The translations under genes and the position numbers were made by a program. From positions 63,550,001-63,614,000 of the forward strand of contig OX597819.1 of NCBI GenBank assembly GCA_951406725.2: 64,000 nucleotides of DNA. Direction: 5' to 3'. Origin of the DNA: Octopus vulgaris (Eukaryota). Below are positions 28,181-43,102 of this stretch, one piece after another. Under the pieces are notes generated by a model. It was not told where the DNA came from. It saw only the letters and a program-made list of their open reading frames with translations, and did no database searches. How positions within the stretch are numbered: the stretch's first letter is position 1; each line of letters starts with the position of its first letter.

Positions 28181-28589
28181 TAAAAAAAAAAAATTACAAG
28201 AATGTATATAACCAGAAGATACAAATATTACAGGCATCCCCCCCCCACACACTAAATAAACATAGACGCACATAGAGATATAAGCATGCGCAAATGAAGA
28301 CATACAATAGAAATACAAAATGGCTGACGGTTAGTAAGGAGAGACACAAGTAAGTGAGAAGAAAACAAAGGACCACTGATGCGGTCACAGGAGTGTGACG
28401 AAAGAACTTTGGCCGAAATAAGATTAAGATTAATGTAAAAAATAAATATCACTGAAGCAAAATAACACCAAATATATAGTGCGTGTGTTTTTATTGGCTA
28501 AACTGGCAATATGACCATTCCGAAATATAACAATATCTGTTTCAACACACGACTTCACATAAAAAATCTTGCACAACAAATATTTAAAC

Positions 28590-29488
<899 letters not shown>

Positions 29489-29632
29489 CATGAAACGATC
29501 GTAGTGTTATATTAATTATATTTTTTTAATAATTTTGTTATATCTTTAAATAATATAAATTAAATAATCTTATGTATTGGCTTAAGTTTTTCATTGTATG
29601 ATTTGCCTAATAGTGGTTTTATCCCTAATTTA

Positions 29633-29703
<71 letters not shown>

Positions 29704-29707
29704 CATA

Positions 29708-30916
29708 CAGAGTGGCATAGCAGAAGTGAATACGCATTAAAATTTATTTTTATGTCGGAAATTATACATACAAATTATATAATGAGAATATTTAATATTT
29801 AGTAGACATGCGCTTTGCCTTTTTCAATGTTACTGATCAAATGACGTATATTCTCTAGCAGAATTTTTTACCAAGGTTCATGCAGTAATCTTAAAACCAG
29901 TGGCTCTGAACATGCTGTCATTTTCTTTTTATGAAGTGTCCTTTCCATTATATCTCCGAGGTGCTCAGTAGGGTTCATATCTGATGACTGGCTTGGCAAT
30001 GAAAGCTTTTTCAATGGTATCGTCATCCAGCAAAGCTAGGGTCGTTTTAGCCGTGTGACAAGGAGCTAAATCTTCCATAAATAAAGAGTCTTTACTCATT
30101 TCACCACTGAAGAAGGTTGGAAGGAGTTCTTTTTACAATATGGACGCATATTTATCTGAGTTTATATTTCCCTCGCACTCCACCAGCTTCGATCAAGCAT
30201 TGCTCCAAATTGCTCCCCAGACCATCACAGAAAAGCTGCCGTGCTTCATTAATGGTTGCAATATTTCTGATCAAACTCTTGATCACGGTATCTAGAACCA
30301 CACTCGACCACTGTCAAGAAATACAGGGAATCTGGACACATCAGAGTATATGACAACGTCCCAAAATACTAGTGGCCTTCCACCATCTCACTGGCCCAAT
30401 CTTACTTCGCTTGATGCTGGCTGGTGGAAGAAGTGGCTTCCTTCTTGTTGCTCTACCATAGTAACCAAGTTTGTGGAAATACCTGACAGCTCTTCTGGCA
30501 CTGAGATTGACTTATTCTACGATATAAAAGGCTTTGCAATAAGAATTATCCTCCACAATTCTCTTAACAAGGAGAATGGTCCTGTAAGAGGGCCCTGGCT
30601 GATCTGGGGGAAGTGATGTGAACACCTTGACTTCTCTGGTGTTTTGAATAATCACTGTATAAATTGTAGAAAGCGGGATCCCAGGGTTTTCTGCGATTTT
30701 AAGCTGACTATGTCAAACTTCAGAATACACACAGTACGGGCACTTTAAAATTCAGACAGTTACAAGGCTTCTTTTGTACATGGTATGATTAAATAGTCAC
30801 ATATAGACCTGGAAACAAAAAAAAATGTAAATTAATACAAAATATAAAACATTACAGGTTAGAATAAACAAAATCAATGTTGTATGTGGTGTTTATTTAC
30901 TTCTGTCATGCCTCTG
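29708..30916 (-). mobile_element. Decayed Tc1-like transposon
   Basis: Imperfect TIRs cagagtggcatagcagaagt / acttctgtcatgcctctg. Minus-strand remnants FMEDLAPCHTAK and PSQSSDMNPTEHL. Confidence 0.75.
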
Positions 30917-30937
30917 TGTGTATGTATATATATTTAA

Positions 30938-31158
30938 CCCTTTAGTGTTTAAACTGGCCATATCCGGCCCAAATATTCTGTATGTTTTATATTCAAACTG
31001 GTGATATCTAGCCTCTCACACCTAACCTACATTGATATTCTAAAAATAAACAATCACATCATTGAAACCTCAAAGTTATAAGATAATGCATGATTAATTC
31101 AAAACAATTTGAGTGAAAAAAGTATTACATTTAACAGAGTAATCTGAATACTAATGGG
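30938..31158. mobile_element. piggyBac-type MITE
   Basis: TTAA on both sides, with termini ccctttagtgtt / aatactaatggg. Confidence 0.75.
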
Positions 31159-31161
31159 TTA

Positions 31162-31364
31162 AACAAATGAGTAGAGATGGCATTTGGCGGAATAATTTTT
31201 ATTTTAATGATAATGTTCCCAGTTACTCTAATGAGTTTCGAGCTTTTCGATCGTCGTTCAAGCACTTTGAAAGCGGATGTGGAAAAGCTTGAAACTCATT
31301 AATCTGGGAACATCATCATTAAAATAAACATTATCCCACCAAATACAATCTCTACTCATTTGTT
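31162..31364. repeat. Imperfect fold-back with arms of about 85 bp
   Basis: aacaaatgagtagagat...gagtttcgagcttttc pairs with gaaaagcttgaaactc...atctctactcatttgtt. Confidence 0.85.
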
Positions 31365-31407
31365 CAAATGTATTATACTGTGCCAAGAACCTTTTTTTTT
31401 ATTAATC

Positions 31408-31476
<69 letters not shown>

Positions 31477-31488
31477 TATATATACATA

Positions 31489-32760
31489 CGAGGGGCGTTC
31501 AATAAGTAATGCCCCTGACCCACTTCCCATAGCAGTAGAGCGACGACACTTGGCACAGTTATTAGTCTTTTCCTACATAGGAACTACCCAGAGTTATGCA
31601 TTTCTCCCATCGTTTGATACAGCTCTGGAGACAATTTTTGTAGAAGACCCCAGCTTGGTCCTCCAACCACGACGTGACTTCAGAAATCAAGGCTGCATCA
31701 TCTGGGAAACGCTTTCCTTTCAAAATCAACTTCATGGCTGGGAAGAGGTGAAAATCAGAGGGTGCAAGGGGAGGAGTTCGTAGCTGCACGCCTGTGCTTC
31801 TTATCTGGCGACACGCGAGTTGTGGACCGGAGCGTTGTCCTGCAGGAGGAGGATGCCTTTGCTGATCTTGCCCCGCCTCTTGATTTTGATAGCTTCTCTT
31901 AATTTCCTCAAAAGTGAAGCATAATAGGCTCCTGTAATTGTGGTACCCTTTGCCAGGAAATCTGTCATCACTACTCTGTCCTGGTCCCAGAAGACTGTGA
32001 GCATAACCTTGTCAGCGGAGGGCTGCACCCTTGCCTTCTTTGGAGGAGGTGAGTCACAGTGCTTTCACTGCATTGACTGGGCTTTGGTCTATGGATCATA
32101 GTGATGGACCCAGGTTTTATCCTGTGTGATCAGTCTTTTGACAAATTTTGACTCATCTTCTTGGCACATCTCCAAATTCATCCTCGAGCACTCAACGCGT
32201 TCTTGCTTCTGGAAAGGTGTGAGCAACCTGGAAATCCATCTGGCAGACACCTTTTGCATATGCAAATGGTCATGAATGATAGTTTCCACAGACCCGGTAC
32301 TAATCTTGACCTCATGGGCTATTTGGCGAATAGTTATGCGTTGACCTTCCAAAATGGCAGCCTCAACTTGACGGACAGACGTCTCATCAACGGCAGAAGG
32401 GGGCGACCAGATCTGGGAGCTGTTTCCACAGAGTTCCGACTATGTTTGAATTCACAATGCCAGCGTTTTACAAGGTCATATGATGGGGCATCATCACCAT
32501 AAGTTACTTTCATTTCATCAAAAGTCTCCCGTGGTGTGCGTCCTTTCAAATACAAAAAAACCAGATCACTCCTCGACACTCAACAGGCTCCATTTCACAT
32601 TTGACTCAGTTCAAAGACCTGTAAATCAGAAACCACTATTAGTTCAGAACTGTAATTTGCCACTTAATCTATAGAGGTATGAATATGTGCACATGCAAAA
32701 TTTCAGCTAGATCAAACAACTGCAAGTGGGTCAGAGGCATTACTTATTGAACGCCCCTCG
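31489..32760 (-). mobile_element. Near full-length mariner (irritans-like) with frameshifted transposase
   Basis: TA TSD and 37-bp TIRs cgaggggcgttcaataagtaatgcc(c/t)ctgacccactt. ATG at about 32593, stop at 31562. Motifs ITQDKTWVHHYDP, LLQDNAPVH and LAPSDFHLF. Confidence 0.93.
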
Positions 32761-32798
32761 TATACATGTATATATATATACATATATATATATACATA

Positions 32799-32840
<42 letters not shown>

Positions 32841-33047
32841 TATATATATATACATATATATATATACACACACATATATATGCATACATACATATATATG
32901 TATGCATACATGCATATATATATATGCATACATACATACATATATATATATATATACACATAGATACATATATATATACACATACATATATATATATACA
33001 TACATATATATATGAATATATATATACATATATATATATAAATACAT

Positions 33048-33156
<109 letters not shown>

Positions 33157-33285
33157 GTAAAAAATAAATACAGACATGGACAAGAACATGAAACACCAAA
33201 GAGACGACACAAGAACCACAGGACGGGACATTCGAAGCCCTCAGTAATCAGTCAAGAACCAGATCATCTTCGCAATTTCGGCTGA

Positions 33286-33316
<31 letters not shown>

Positions 33317-34074
33317 CAAAGTTATTTTATTCCACAGGGTTAGAAATATACGAAAAATAGTTGAAAATGCACTGAGAAGAGTTGAAATATTTATTTCTGT
33401 TGTATTTAAAGATTTAACCTGTTTCACAGTTTACACTGATTTTCAAATATTTTGAAATGGAAAGACGTGGCTTAAATCGAATCTGTTTTGCCTCTGACTG
33501 ATATGGGTTGCTAGTGTATAGTCACAAATCTGATACAAACATGTGTGCAATAGTGACATTACTTGATGTCGTAATTTAAAGCTGACACGGTTGACTGTCT
33601 AGTGGTAGTACTAAACAATCAATGATCTGAATGTTGTCTGTCAAGTGTTTGCACAGAATGAACACGGGATTAAATTTAGAATCTATATGTGCCCTGCAAC
33701 GTCCGTTCGTTAGTGTCACGTGGCAGTATATCTTGCGCCTAAAATGAAGGCCGACGTGGTTCAGTGAAAATGTTTAGTTACAATGAAGGCACCCCGAATT
33801 TAATCTGTCTGATGGAAGAGTAGACAGGAGCCGTTTGTATGTGGCTAAAGTTTAGCTTGCAAGCTGTGTAGGTTCCACACGTTAAGTGGCATAATGAGTT
33901 TTGTATGTGAATATATATTAGTCTATGTGCTTTGTTAAGACTGGATTTGGATTACTGTTAGAAAATGTTGTTTTGCTTATTCTTGCTTCACCTGTAATAT
34001 TCACTGAACATAGGTAGAGTGGAAAAGCGTGACATATACATACATAGTAACTTACATACATACATATTATATAT

Positions 34075-34204
<130 letters not shown>

Positions 34205-34271
34205 ATATATATGTACACATACACACATACATATATGTAAATGCTAGACCGCATGTGATATGTAAATGCAT

Positions 34272-34820
34272 ACAGGGGTGGCTATGTGGTGCACCCGAAC
34301 CACATGGGCAAGTGTCTTCTACTAAAATCTCAAGCCGAACAAATGCTTGTGAGTTGATTTTGTTGACGGAAACTGAAAGAAACCCTTCATACCCTCCCTA
34401 CTGAGACACAAGGCTTCAAATTTGGTAGGAGGGGGCCTAGTCGATTACATCGGCCCCAGTGTTTAACTGGTACTGAATTTATTTGCCCCGAAAGGATGAG
34501 ACGCAAAATCGCCCTGGGCGGAATTTGAATTCAGAATGTAGCTACAGGCGAAATATCGCTAAGCCTTTTCATCCAGCGTGCTAACGATAGTTATTTCTTT
34601 ATTGCCCACAAGTGGCTAAACATAGAGGGAACAAACAAGGACAGACAAACGGATTAAGTCGATTACACCGACCCCAGTGCGTAACTGGTACTTAACTTAT
34701 CGACCCCCAAAGGATGAAAGACAAAGTCGACCTTCGCGGAGTTTGAACTCAGAAGGTGACGGCAGACAAAATACGGCGAAGTATTTCGCCCAGCATGCTA
34801 ACGATTCTGCCAGCTCGCAG
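34272..34820. mobile_element. CORE-type SINE fragment (+) abutting a SINE family 1 dimer (-)
   Basis: Similarity to other copies in the window. Confidence 0.75.
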
Positions 34821-35788
34821 GCTTATAAGCACACACACACGAACACACACACACATACGCACACAAATTTATATATGACGTGTTACCTCAAGTACTGTTT
34901 CTATTTAATTTTTGTTCTTTACTTAAACTCTGCCTTCCTCTCTCTCCCTTCCTGTCGCTCTGTCTTTCTCTTTCTCCCTCATTTGCATCATTTGTTATAC
35001 ACCTCTACTATTACACACACATATCCATAAACATTCTTACGCACACAGAAACACGCATAAATAATCAGAAAAACGCGCACGCTCTCACAATTTGACGGAG
35101 ATGGATATAGATAAAGAGAGGAGACAGAGGGTCAGAGATGGAGAAAGAACGTTGTTATTAACATTCAACATTTCTAATGGTAAAACTATAAAGGTTTTCA
35201 AATACTATAGGAAAATTTTAACAACCTCTTTCATTTGTCTACATTGAAATAAAATTAGATTAGAAACTAGATCCGATTTTTAAAATTCTCACGTGTTAAT
35301 GTATTATAGTGCTTGCATATATTTCCCATAGTTTAAATATTGCAGTCAGTGACTCCTTTAGATGTGCGAATCTTTTTAAATGCGAAACAATTACTTGAAA
35401 TCATATATTATCTTTTTGAATATAAAAGTTTTTCATTTGAGATATTTAATAATGACAGCGTTCCATTATTAATTGTCTCAACAATTTGCATGAAATATAA
35501 TTTCCTCCCTGTAAATCTACTGATAACATCTGAATAATTTGAATAAATATGACTTGATATTAATATTAACTTATTTATTATCTGTCTAGCTACTTGGAAT
35601 CGCATAGTTTGAGAATGTTTAGCGTAGGAAAAATGTACCTTAGATTTTTTCACTACTAAGTATAAGGCGGAATTGAACACTGGGAAGGATTTTGAACTGG
35701 CAGAATATGTCAATAGATTTTTGAGACAACTATCTATCTGTCTGTCTCTCTATCTATCTATCTATCTATATATCTATCTATCTATCTG

Positions 35789-35861
<73 letters not shown>

Positions 35862-35864
35862 ATT

Positions 35865-35924
<60 letters not shown>

Positions 35925-37115
35925 GTACATTCTGCTATGGACATGGTAGTATACAGTATAAAATTGTTCACCCTCAGAACTGTACTAAAGTAGAAAGAGA
36001 AAGGTACAGGTTAATAACTAATAATAATTCAGTAAGTTCCTACCCTCCCCTTTTAACCCCAAACATGTCGGATTGTGCTTATCTCCTTATCTATATGTAT
36101 GGGTGCCCACCCACGTGTCTACACTCCATGAAATTATATACTTGTTGGTGCATAGATATATATGTGTGTGTGTGTATTTGCATTTATGCATGTGAATGTA
36201 TATATACATGTAGGTATATCTCTATAGGTGTATTTATAGGTATATATTTGCATGTGTTCATGTGTATTTGTATCTTCGTGTGAGTATGTGTAGGAGTGGA
36301 TATGTGTGGGCATACACAGGCGTGTGAGTATGTATGTGACTGGGAGACTGTGAGGGTACATACATGAATATAAGCGTATGTGTGAGTACATATATGTATC
36401 GACGTGCATGTACCTGAGCTCATATGAGTATGTATACATATATGTATGTGAGTAGAAAAACGCATATATGTATGCATCACCCAACATCGCCTGACTACCA
36501 ATGCTGGTGTGATTACATCCCCGTAACTTAGCGGTTAGGCAAAAAGAGACCGATAGAATAAGTACAAGGCTTACAAAGAATAAGTCCTGGGTAGATTTCC
36601 TCGAATAAATGCGGTGCTCCAGCATGGTCGCATGTATATGTGGGGCATGAATATGTGTGTATTTAGGTATATATACATAGGTTTGTGTGCGGAAGAGTAT
36701 GCGTGAGTCTGTGTGAATGTGTGTATATATCCGACCAAAGATCAGGTACTGAAATTCACATATGTAGCCAACCAAGAAAAAAATCAGCGGACTGCCGGTA
36801 CCAACATAGCCATCCCTTAACTTTCATAGCAGTCCGTCAAAGGCATTGTGCCAACACACAACATGAGTCTATCAGTTGCTACTAAATTCAAACCAAGACG
36901 GTCAGAGGGGATAGCTTTGAACTCAATGATTTAAAACTAACGGATACAACACTAGAATATCACCTGAGGTAACACAACTAGATCTCAATATGCAAACAAA
37001 CAGTTGCATAATCAAATACCTGTATTTTGGGATAACTGCATTGCATGGAAAGAATTGTAGCGTCTAAAAAATATTTGTCGTTGACTCCAATTTCTTCAAT
37101 TATATATATATATGT

Positions 37116-37436
37116 GAAGGCGCAATGGCCCAGTGGTTAGGGCAGCGGACTCGTGGTCGCAGGATCGCGGACTCGTGGTCGCAGGATCGCGGTTTCGATT
37201 CCCAGAGCGGGCGTTGTGAGTGTTTATTGAGCGAAAACACCTAAAAGCTCCACGACGCTCCGGCAGCAGGGGGGGGGGATCCCTGCTGTACTCTTTCACC
37301 ACTCTTTCTCCCACTCTTTCTTCTGTTGGCCTGCTCGCTTAGCCAGCGGGGTGGCGTCATCCGAAGGCTAAAACATTTCGAACGCATTGTGACCAGCGAT
37401 GTGTAACAAAATCTGATGGTCTGGTCGGTCACGTGA
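37116..37436 (+). mobile_element. tRNA-derived SINE family 3 with a 22-bp internal duplication
   Basis: A-box tggcccagtgg and B-box gtttcgattcc. gcggactcgtggtcgcaggatc occurs twice. Related head at 50092. Confidence 0.8.
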
Positions 37437-37444
37437 TAGACGTG

Positions 37445-37475
<31 letters not shown>

Positions 37476-37509
37476 AATATATATATATATATGTATATAT
37501 AATATATTC

Positions 37510-37865
37510 TTTTATTCTTATATTTGTTTCAGCTATTTCACTGCGGCCCTGGAGGACCGCCTTTAGTCGAGCAAAGCGACCCCAAGACTTATTCAGTGAA
37601 AGCCTAGCATTTTTTCTATTGGTGTATTTTGCCGAAACGCTAAGTTACGGGGACGTAAACACACCTATATATACATATACACATACCTATATATACATAT
37701 ACGACGGACTTCTTTCAGTTTCCGTTTACCAAATCCACTCACAAGGCTTTGGTCGCCCGAGGCTATAATAGAAGACACACATGCTCAAGGTGTTACACAG
37801 TGGGACCGAACGAAGAACCATGTGGTTGGTAAGCAAGCTACTTCTTACATAGACACTCCTGCGCC
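37510..37865 (-). mobile_element. CORE-type SINE with internal microsatellite and CR1-like tail
   Basis: Reverse complement is similar to 43103-43435. Confidence 0.8.
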
Positions 37866-37877
37866 TATACAAACACA

Positions 37878-37928
<51 letters not shown>

Positions 37929-38083
37929 TCATAGATGAGAATCAGATATTCTCCGTTTAAAGTGCACTTAGTACTACTCAAATGTATTAAACTTGATCGG
38001 GTATAAAATAAAATGTAGGAATGAACTAGTCAGACAGATCACTATATAAAACATATGAAATACGTGAAATACAAAAATGATTC

Positions 38084-38404
38084 TACAGTTCTATATTTAA
38101 GAGATGAATTATGTACATTATTTACATTATTTATATTATTTACAATTGACGGGTATTTTTCGTCATCTTTTTTGTCGTTGACACAAACTTTCAGCTGATA
38201 TACACACCAGCCTTCATAATGATAATAATATTAATGATAATAATAATAATAATAATTATTATCATAATAACATCCAAAAAATATGACAACACAGATTCGG
38301 AATTTCCCCAAGACACCTGATGAGGGCTGGAGAGTATATCAGCCGAAACGTCGTGGTAACAACAAAACAAGATGAGGACAAATATCCGTAAAATGTAAAT
38401 AATG
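38084..38404. mobile_element. Inverted pair of the HHR-tailed element seen at 21860
   Basis: A decayed minus copy at 38084-38217, then (TAA)n, then a plus copy at 38270-38404 with an intact HHR. Confidence 0.75.
38312..38357 (+). ncRNA. Type I hammerhead ribozyme with GUC cleavage triplet
   Basis: gacac-CTGATGA-g-ggctg-gagagtatat-cagcc-GAAAC-GT-C-gtggt. Confidence 0.8.
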
Positions 38405-39062
38405 AGAAATTAGTGTATGTTTTAAATTGTTTCTTTTAGCACCTGAAATGTAAAATCTCTTCCTTGAAGGCGGCGGCTCGAGTGATCCTGCGATGGAATT
38501 AATGTGCAAATATTATTATGGACCACTGAAGCCTCACAAACGGCTGTTGTATTTGTAATACTTTTCTTCGATCCCCTTAATTCTCTATATAATTTGTGTT
38601 GTGTGTATCTTGGACATTTCGGTATGCACACATATATAGACTTTTGGTACTTCAAGTGCATAATAAGCTTTATATATTGATTTGTCAAATTTTCTTATCT
38701 CTACTTTTACTTCTATCTCTCTCTGTATGCATGCATATAATCTCGAATTAGGGAGTTATTAAAAGTCGATAACCGAGGAAGAGGTAGATTTCTTTAGGTA
38801 ATCTGTCCCGTACTTGTCTCTGATTATGTGTTTAGGTTTTTTCCTCTCGTTGGTAATGTACTGTTCTTATTGCATATTCTTTTCTAATTTTCCTGTAGTT
38901 ATCGCTCGTGTGTCTACGTATTTTTCACTCATTGGTGATGTCCTGTATTTGATGTATTATATATATGCATGTATATATATTTATATGTATGTATATATAT
39001 GTGTATATATGTATATATATATACATACATATATGTACATATATATATATATATACATATGC

Positions 39063-39146
<84 letters not shown>

Positions 39147-39318
39147 ATGCATATATATATATATGCATATGTATGTATATATATATGTATATATATTTAA
39201 TGTACAATAACATTTTTTTCGAAAAAAAATTTTATCAATGACCAGCATATTAAAAAATACCTTTAAAGTTTAAAATTATAAACAATTTATGAATAAGGAC
39301 GCCCTTATTTATAAGTTG

Positions 39319-39355
<37 letters not shown>

Positions 39356-39356
<1 letters not shown>

Positions 39357-39556
39357 ACCGCGTGTGTATCGGGGATTTTCTTTCTCCGTCTTCCCTTTTT
39401 TGGACCTTTCTTTTTTCTATATGTTTTTGTCGAAGAGCTCCGCTCTAAACTTTATATCCTCCTTCATTCTTTCCTTTGGTGAGCGTCCAATAACACTATA
39501 CGTGTTCCACGTCCTCGCCTTGTTGTGCTTTCTCTTTGTTTACGTTTGGATTAACT
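39356..39556 (+). mobile_element. Diverged copy of the 65-256 element with decayed HHR
   Basis: ttgtcgaagagctccgctctaaac in place of ctgacgaagagttccgctcgaaac. Confidence 0.7.
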
Positions 39557-40184
39557 ATATATTTATATATGTATATGTTTAAATATATGTATATATGTGT
39601 ATGCATATATATATACATATAGGTATATATATATATATATATATATATTTACATATATATATATGCATATATATATATATATATATGCATATATGTACAT
39701 ATATATACATAAATACATATGCATGTGTGTATGTTTGTTTGCACGTATGAACACATTGGAAACAATCATACTCAGGGGCGAACGGCAAATCATAATAAAT
39801 ATCAATACAACAGGTGCAAAAAGAAAACATAAAAAATCTCCTGAACTCACCACAATAATACTAATAATACCAAGAGCGATAAACAAAGGATTTTATTGCA
39901 GATAACCTCGTGATTAATGAGTTGTCTCGAAGATTGTTATTCCACAATAAATAGTTTTATTTCTCAACATAAATATCTTTAGTTGAAGACCAGACTTGTG
40001 GCACCTTATAAACACTTTTCATTAGTAGAAACATTAATATACGCACTTGTTATAAACAAGTTCCGTCCATGTTCCATGCCATAAATAACGTATAGTTGTG
40101 AGAGAAATCGTGACTGAACCAGCAGTATATTTGGGGGAACATATGTGTGCGCATGGGTGTGAATCTGTGTGTGTGATGTATGCG

Positions 40185-40264
<80 letters not shown>

Positions 40265-40311
40265 CACACATATATATATATAGATATAAATATAGTTATG
40301 TATACACATTT

Positions 40312-40374
<63 letters not shown>

Positions 40375-40568
40375 CATAGATATGTGTATATTCGTATGTG
40401 CTGCGTCTGTATACTTATATATCCACATATAGACTGGTGTGTTTACACTCTTGAGAGTATTTTCGTTTAAGTATATGCCGATTCTTGTGAGTTTGCGATA
40501 TCATTGCGTATATAAATATATATATATATATAAGTGTATACATATATATATATATGATATATATATAT

Positions 40569-40652
<84 letters not shown>

Positions 40653-41153
40653 ATTCGCATGTATGCATGTATAAATATATGCACATATATATGTAAATAG
40701 TATCTCTTTTATTTTCTTATACGTTTTCTCACATATTCTTATTTACTTAAAGGAAACTGCTCGCTAACGATATTTTGGAGCACATGTTGAAATAAATTGT
40801 ATTCGTATTCAATTTAAGAAGTAAACGAAACGAAATTGAGAAACCAGCAATAATAATGAAGAGCGGATGTATCAGTACAGTCGGGAAGCCGAGGACGGTA
40901 ACTCCATAATAAGTATAAAGAACGCAGACAATATAATTTATAACCTAATTCCAAAAGCAATAGACGATCTAAAACAGCTTTAAAAGAAGACTTCAGATGT
41001 TTGCTTGTACACATACGTATGTATATATAAGCATATGAATGTAGCACAGTGTGTGTATGTGTGTGTGTGTGTGTGTGTACGTGCGTGCGTGCGGTCGTAT
41101 GTATGCATAGTAATTCTAAGGATTCGAATAATCAAACAGCTCTCACATTAATA

Positions 41154-41188
<35 letters not shown>

Positions 41189-41194
41189 ATATAT

Positions 41195-41765
41195 ATGGTC
41201 GTTGTCTACTCCTTATACAGAGTTTGACCACCTCCTGTGCCTACCCTTAGAATCATCATGGTATGAGATGTGGCATTTTAAACCAGACAATCTTCCGAAA
41301 AGACACCCACATAGATTGCACCAACAATTCGGACCAAGAACAGCAGATAAGTTCTGCTCTTTGTTGGTCTTCACACATGTTTTGAGGCCTCCATTGTATT
41401 TGCAAACCTTCTGGCATACATTGCATTCAAAGGTGTGCACAGACATATAGTTACAATTTTTCGTGGAAGTTCGTTTTCCATGCGTTCGCAGATGAGATTT
41501 CAAGCCAGCCAAAGACAGGCATAGATTGTCAAAGACTGCATATATATAAATGTCATTGTCATTCAGCTTCTCGATCGTTACATCTCTTCCTTATATCTCT
41601 TTTGAGTCTTATTTGTGTTATCCTGGCCTCTTCAAATGCTTTTACTCCACTCCCCACCTTTGTTCGCCATCTAACACGATCCGAAGCAAGGGTTTCTGTA
41701 TCTTCTGGAACCATTCCAAGTGACTTCATAGTAGTCTTTACGACATCCTTAACCCTTTTTTTACT
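41195..41765 (-). mobile_element. RTE-clade LINE 3' fragment with C2H2 zinc-finger remnants
   Basis: KDVVKTTMKSLG...ETLASDRVRWR, AGLKSHLRTH, CNVCQKVC and CNLCGCLFGRLSGLKCHISYH. Confidence 0.75.
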
Positions 41766-41845
<80 letters not shown>

Positions 41846-42092
41846 GGTAGAAGACGTTACAAAACGTAAACAACATGAAATACCTAGACAAACTGTTTTT
41901 GTTAACAACGAGAGAAAGAAATGGAAAACAACACATATAGAACGACTCTTCATCAGTTGTCATCTGTTTTTCTACTCCATATTTCGAGCAATTCACGTCG
42001 ATATGTACCTTCGAGAAAACAGTTGGTCCCGCACAACAAAATAAAATTTGGTATTTTCCAGTGACAATGTTGGTAACAAAAAAGTCTGACGA

Positions 42093-42146
<54 letters not shown>

Positions 42147-42166
42147 ATATATACATATATATATAA

Positions 42167-42210
<44 letters not shown>

Positions 42211-42396
42211 ATATATACATATATATAAGTATATATATATAAATATATGTATATATATATATACATGTATGTATATATATATGTATATATATATACATAT
42301 ATATATATACATTATGTATATATATATTTATATATATATATACATATATATATATACATGTATGTATACATTTATATATATACATATATATACATG

Positions 42397-42444
<48 letters not shown>

Positions 42445-43102
42445 CTATGTATATATCTGTATGTATGTATACATATATATGTATGTATGTTTATATATAT
42501 ACGCATGTAAGAATGTAGATATGTATGTACGTATGCATGCATGTATACATGAATTAATGGACTCTAATTCAGTTACACTTTTTCCTAGTTTTATATAAGA
42601 AACGTACACTTATGTTACTTAGAATGTTATTGTTAATGAATGATTGATATTTATTTATTTCTCGATGGAATAATGTTTGGATGACCTTACCTAAACGCAC
42701 CAATAACATTGATTAATGCGACTTTTACTATTGGGTAGCCATTGTTGTTCCTCAGTTGCTAACTCCTAGAATGCATGGCAATTGGCTAATATTTTCTTCG
42801 AACGTTCATTTTGTTTCATTTCTTCACGACAAAGAATATCTCTCAACGCATGACTATGCATATCTCCTCTACTTCTGCACAGGATCAGAGACGCAGATGT
42901 TTTTCAGTCACTAAGGAACATACTCAAGTGGTTAACCTCAGACAACTTAACGCTGAAAAGCAAATTTGTGGTATTTAGCCGAATATTGGCTATACTGATA
43001 TTTCTGATTCAGCATATCAGTAGTAATCTGTCTGAAATGTAACAGAAAAATAGTCAGTTACAAAACATTAATGTCCAGTGATAAATAAATATGTTGGTAC
43101 AC

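Larger units (their letters stand above)
26084..28536 (-). mobile_element. Penelope-like retroelement, 5'-truncated, with inverted pseudo-LTRs
   Basis: Inverted repeats of about 345 bp at 26084-26427 and 28191-28536 flank an RT + GIY-YIG ORF. TA flanks. Confidence 0.92.

Noticed and set aside
38420-38950. Possible decayed GIY-YIG/PLE ORF, also at 20700-21210
   Set aside because: Too degenerate to call by eye.
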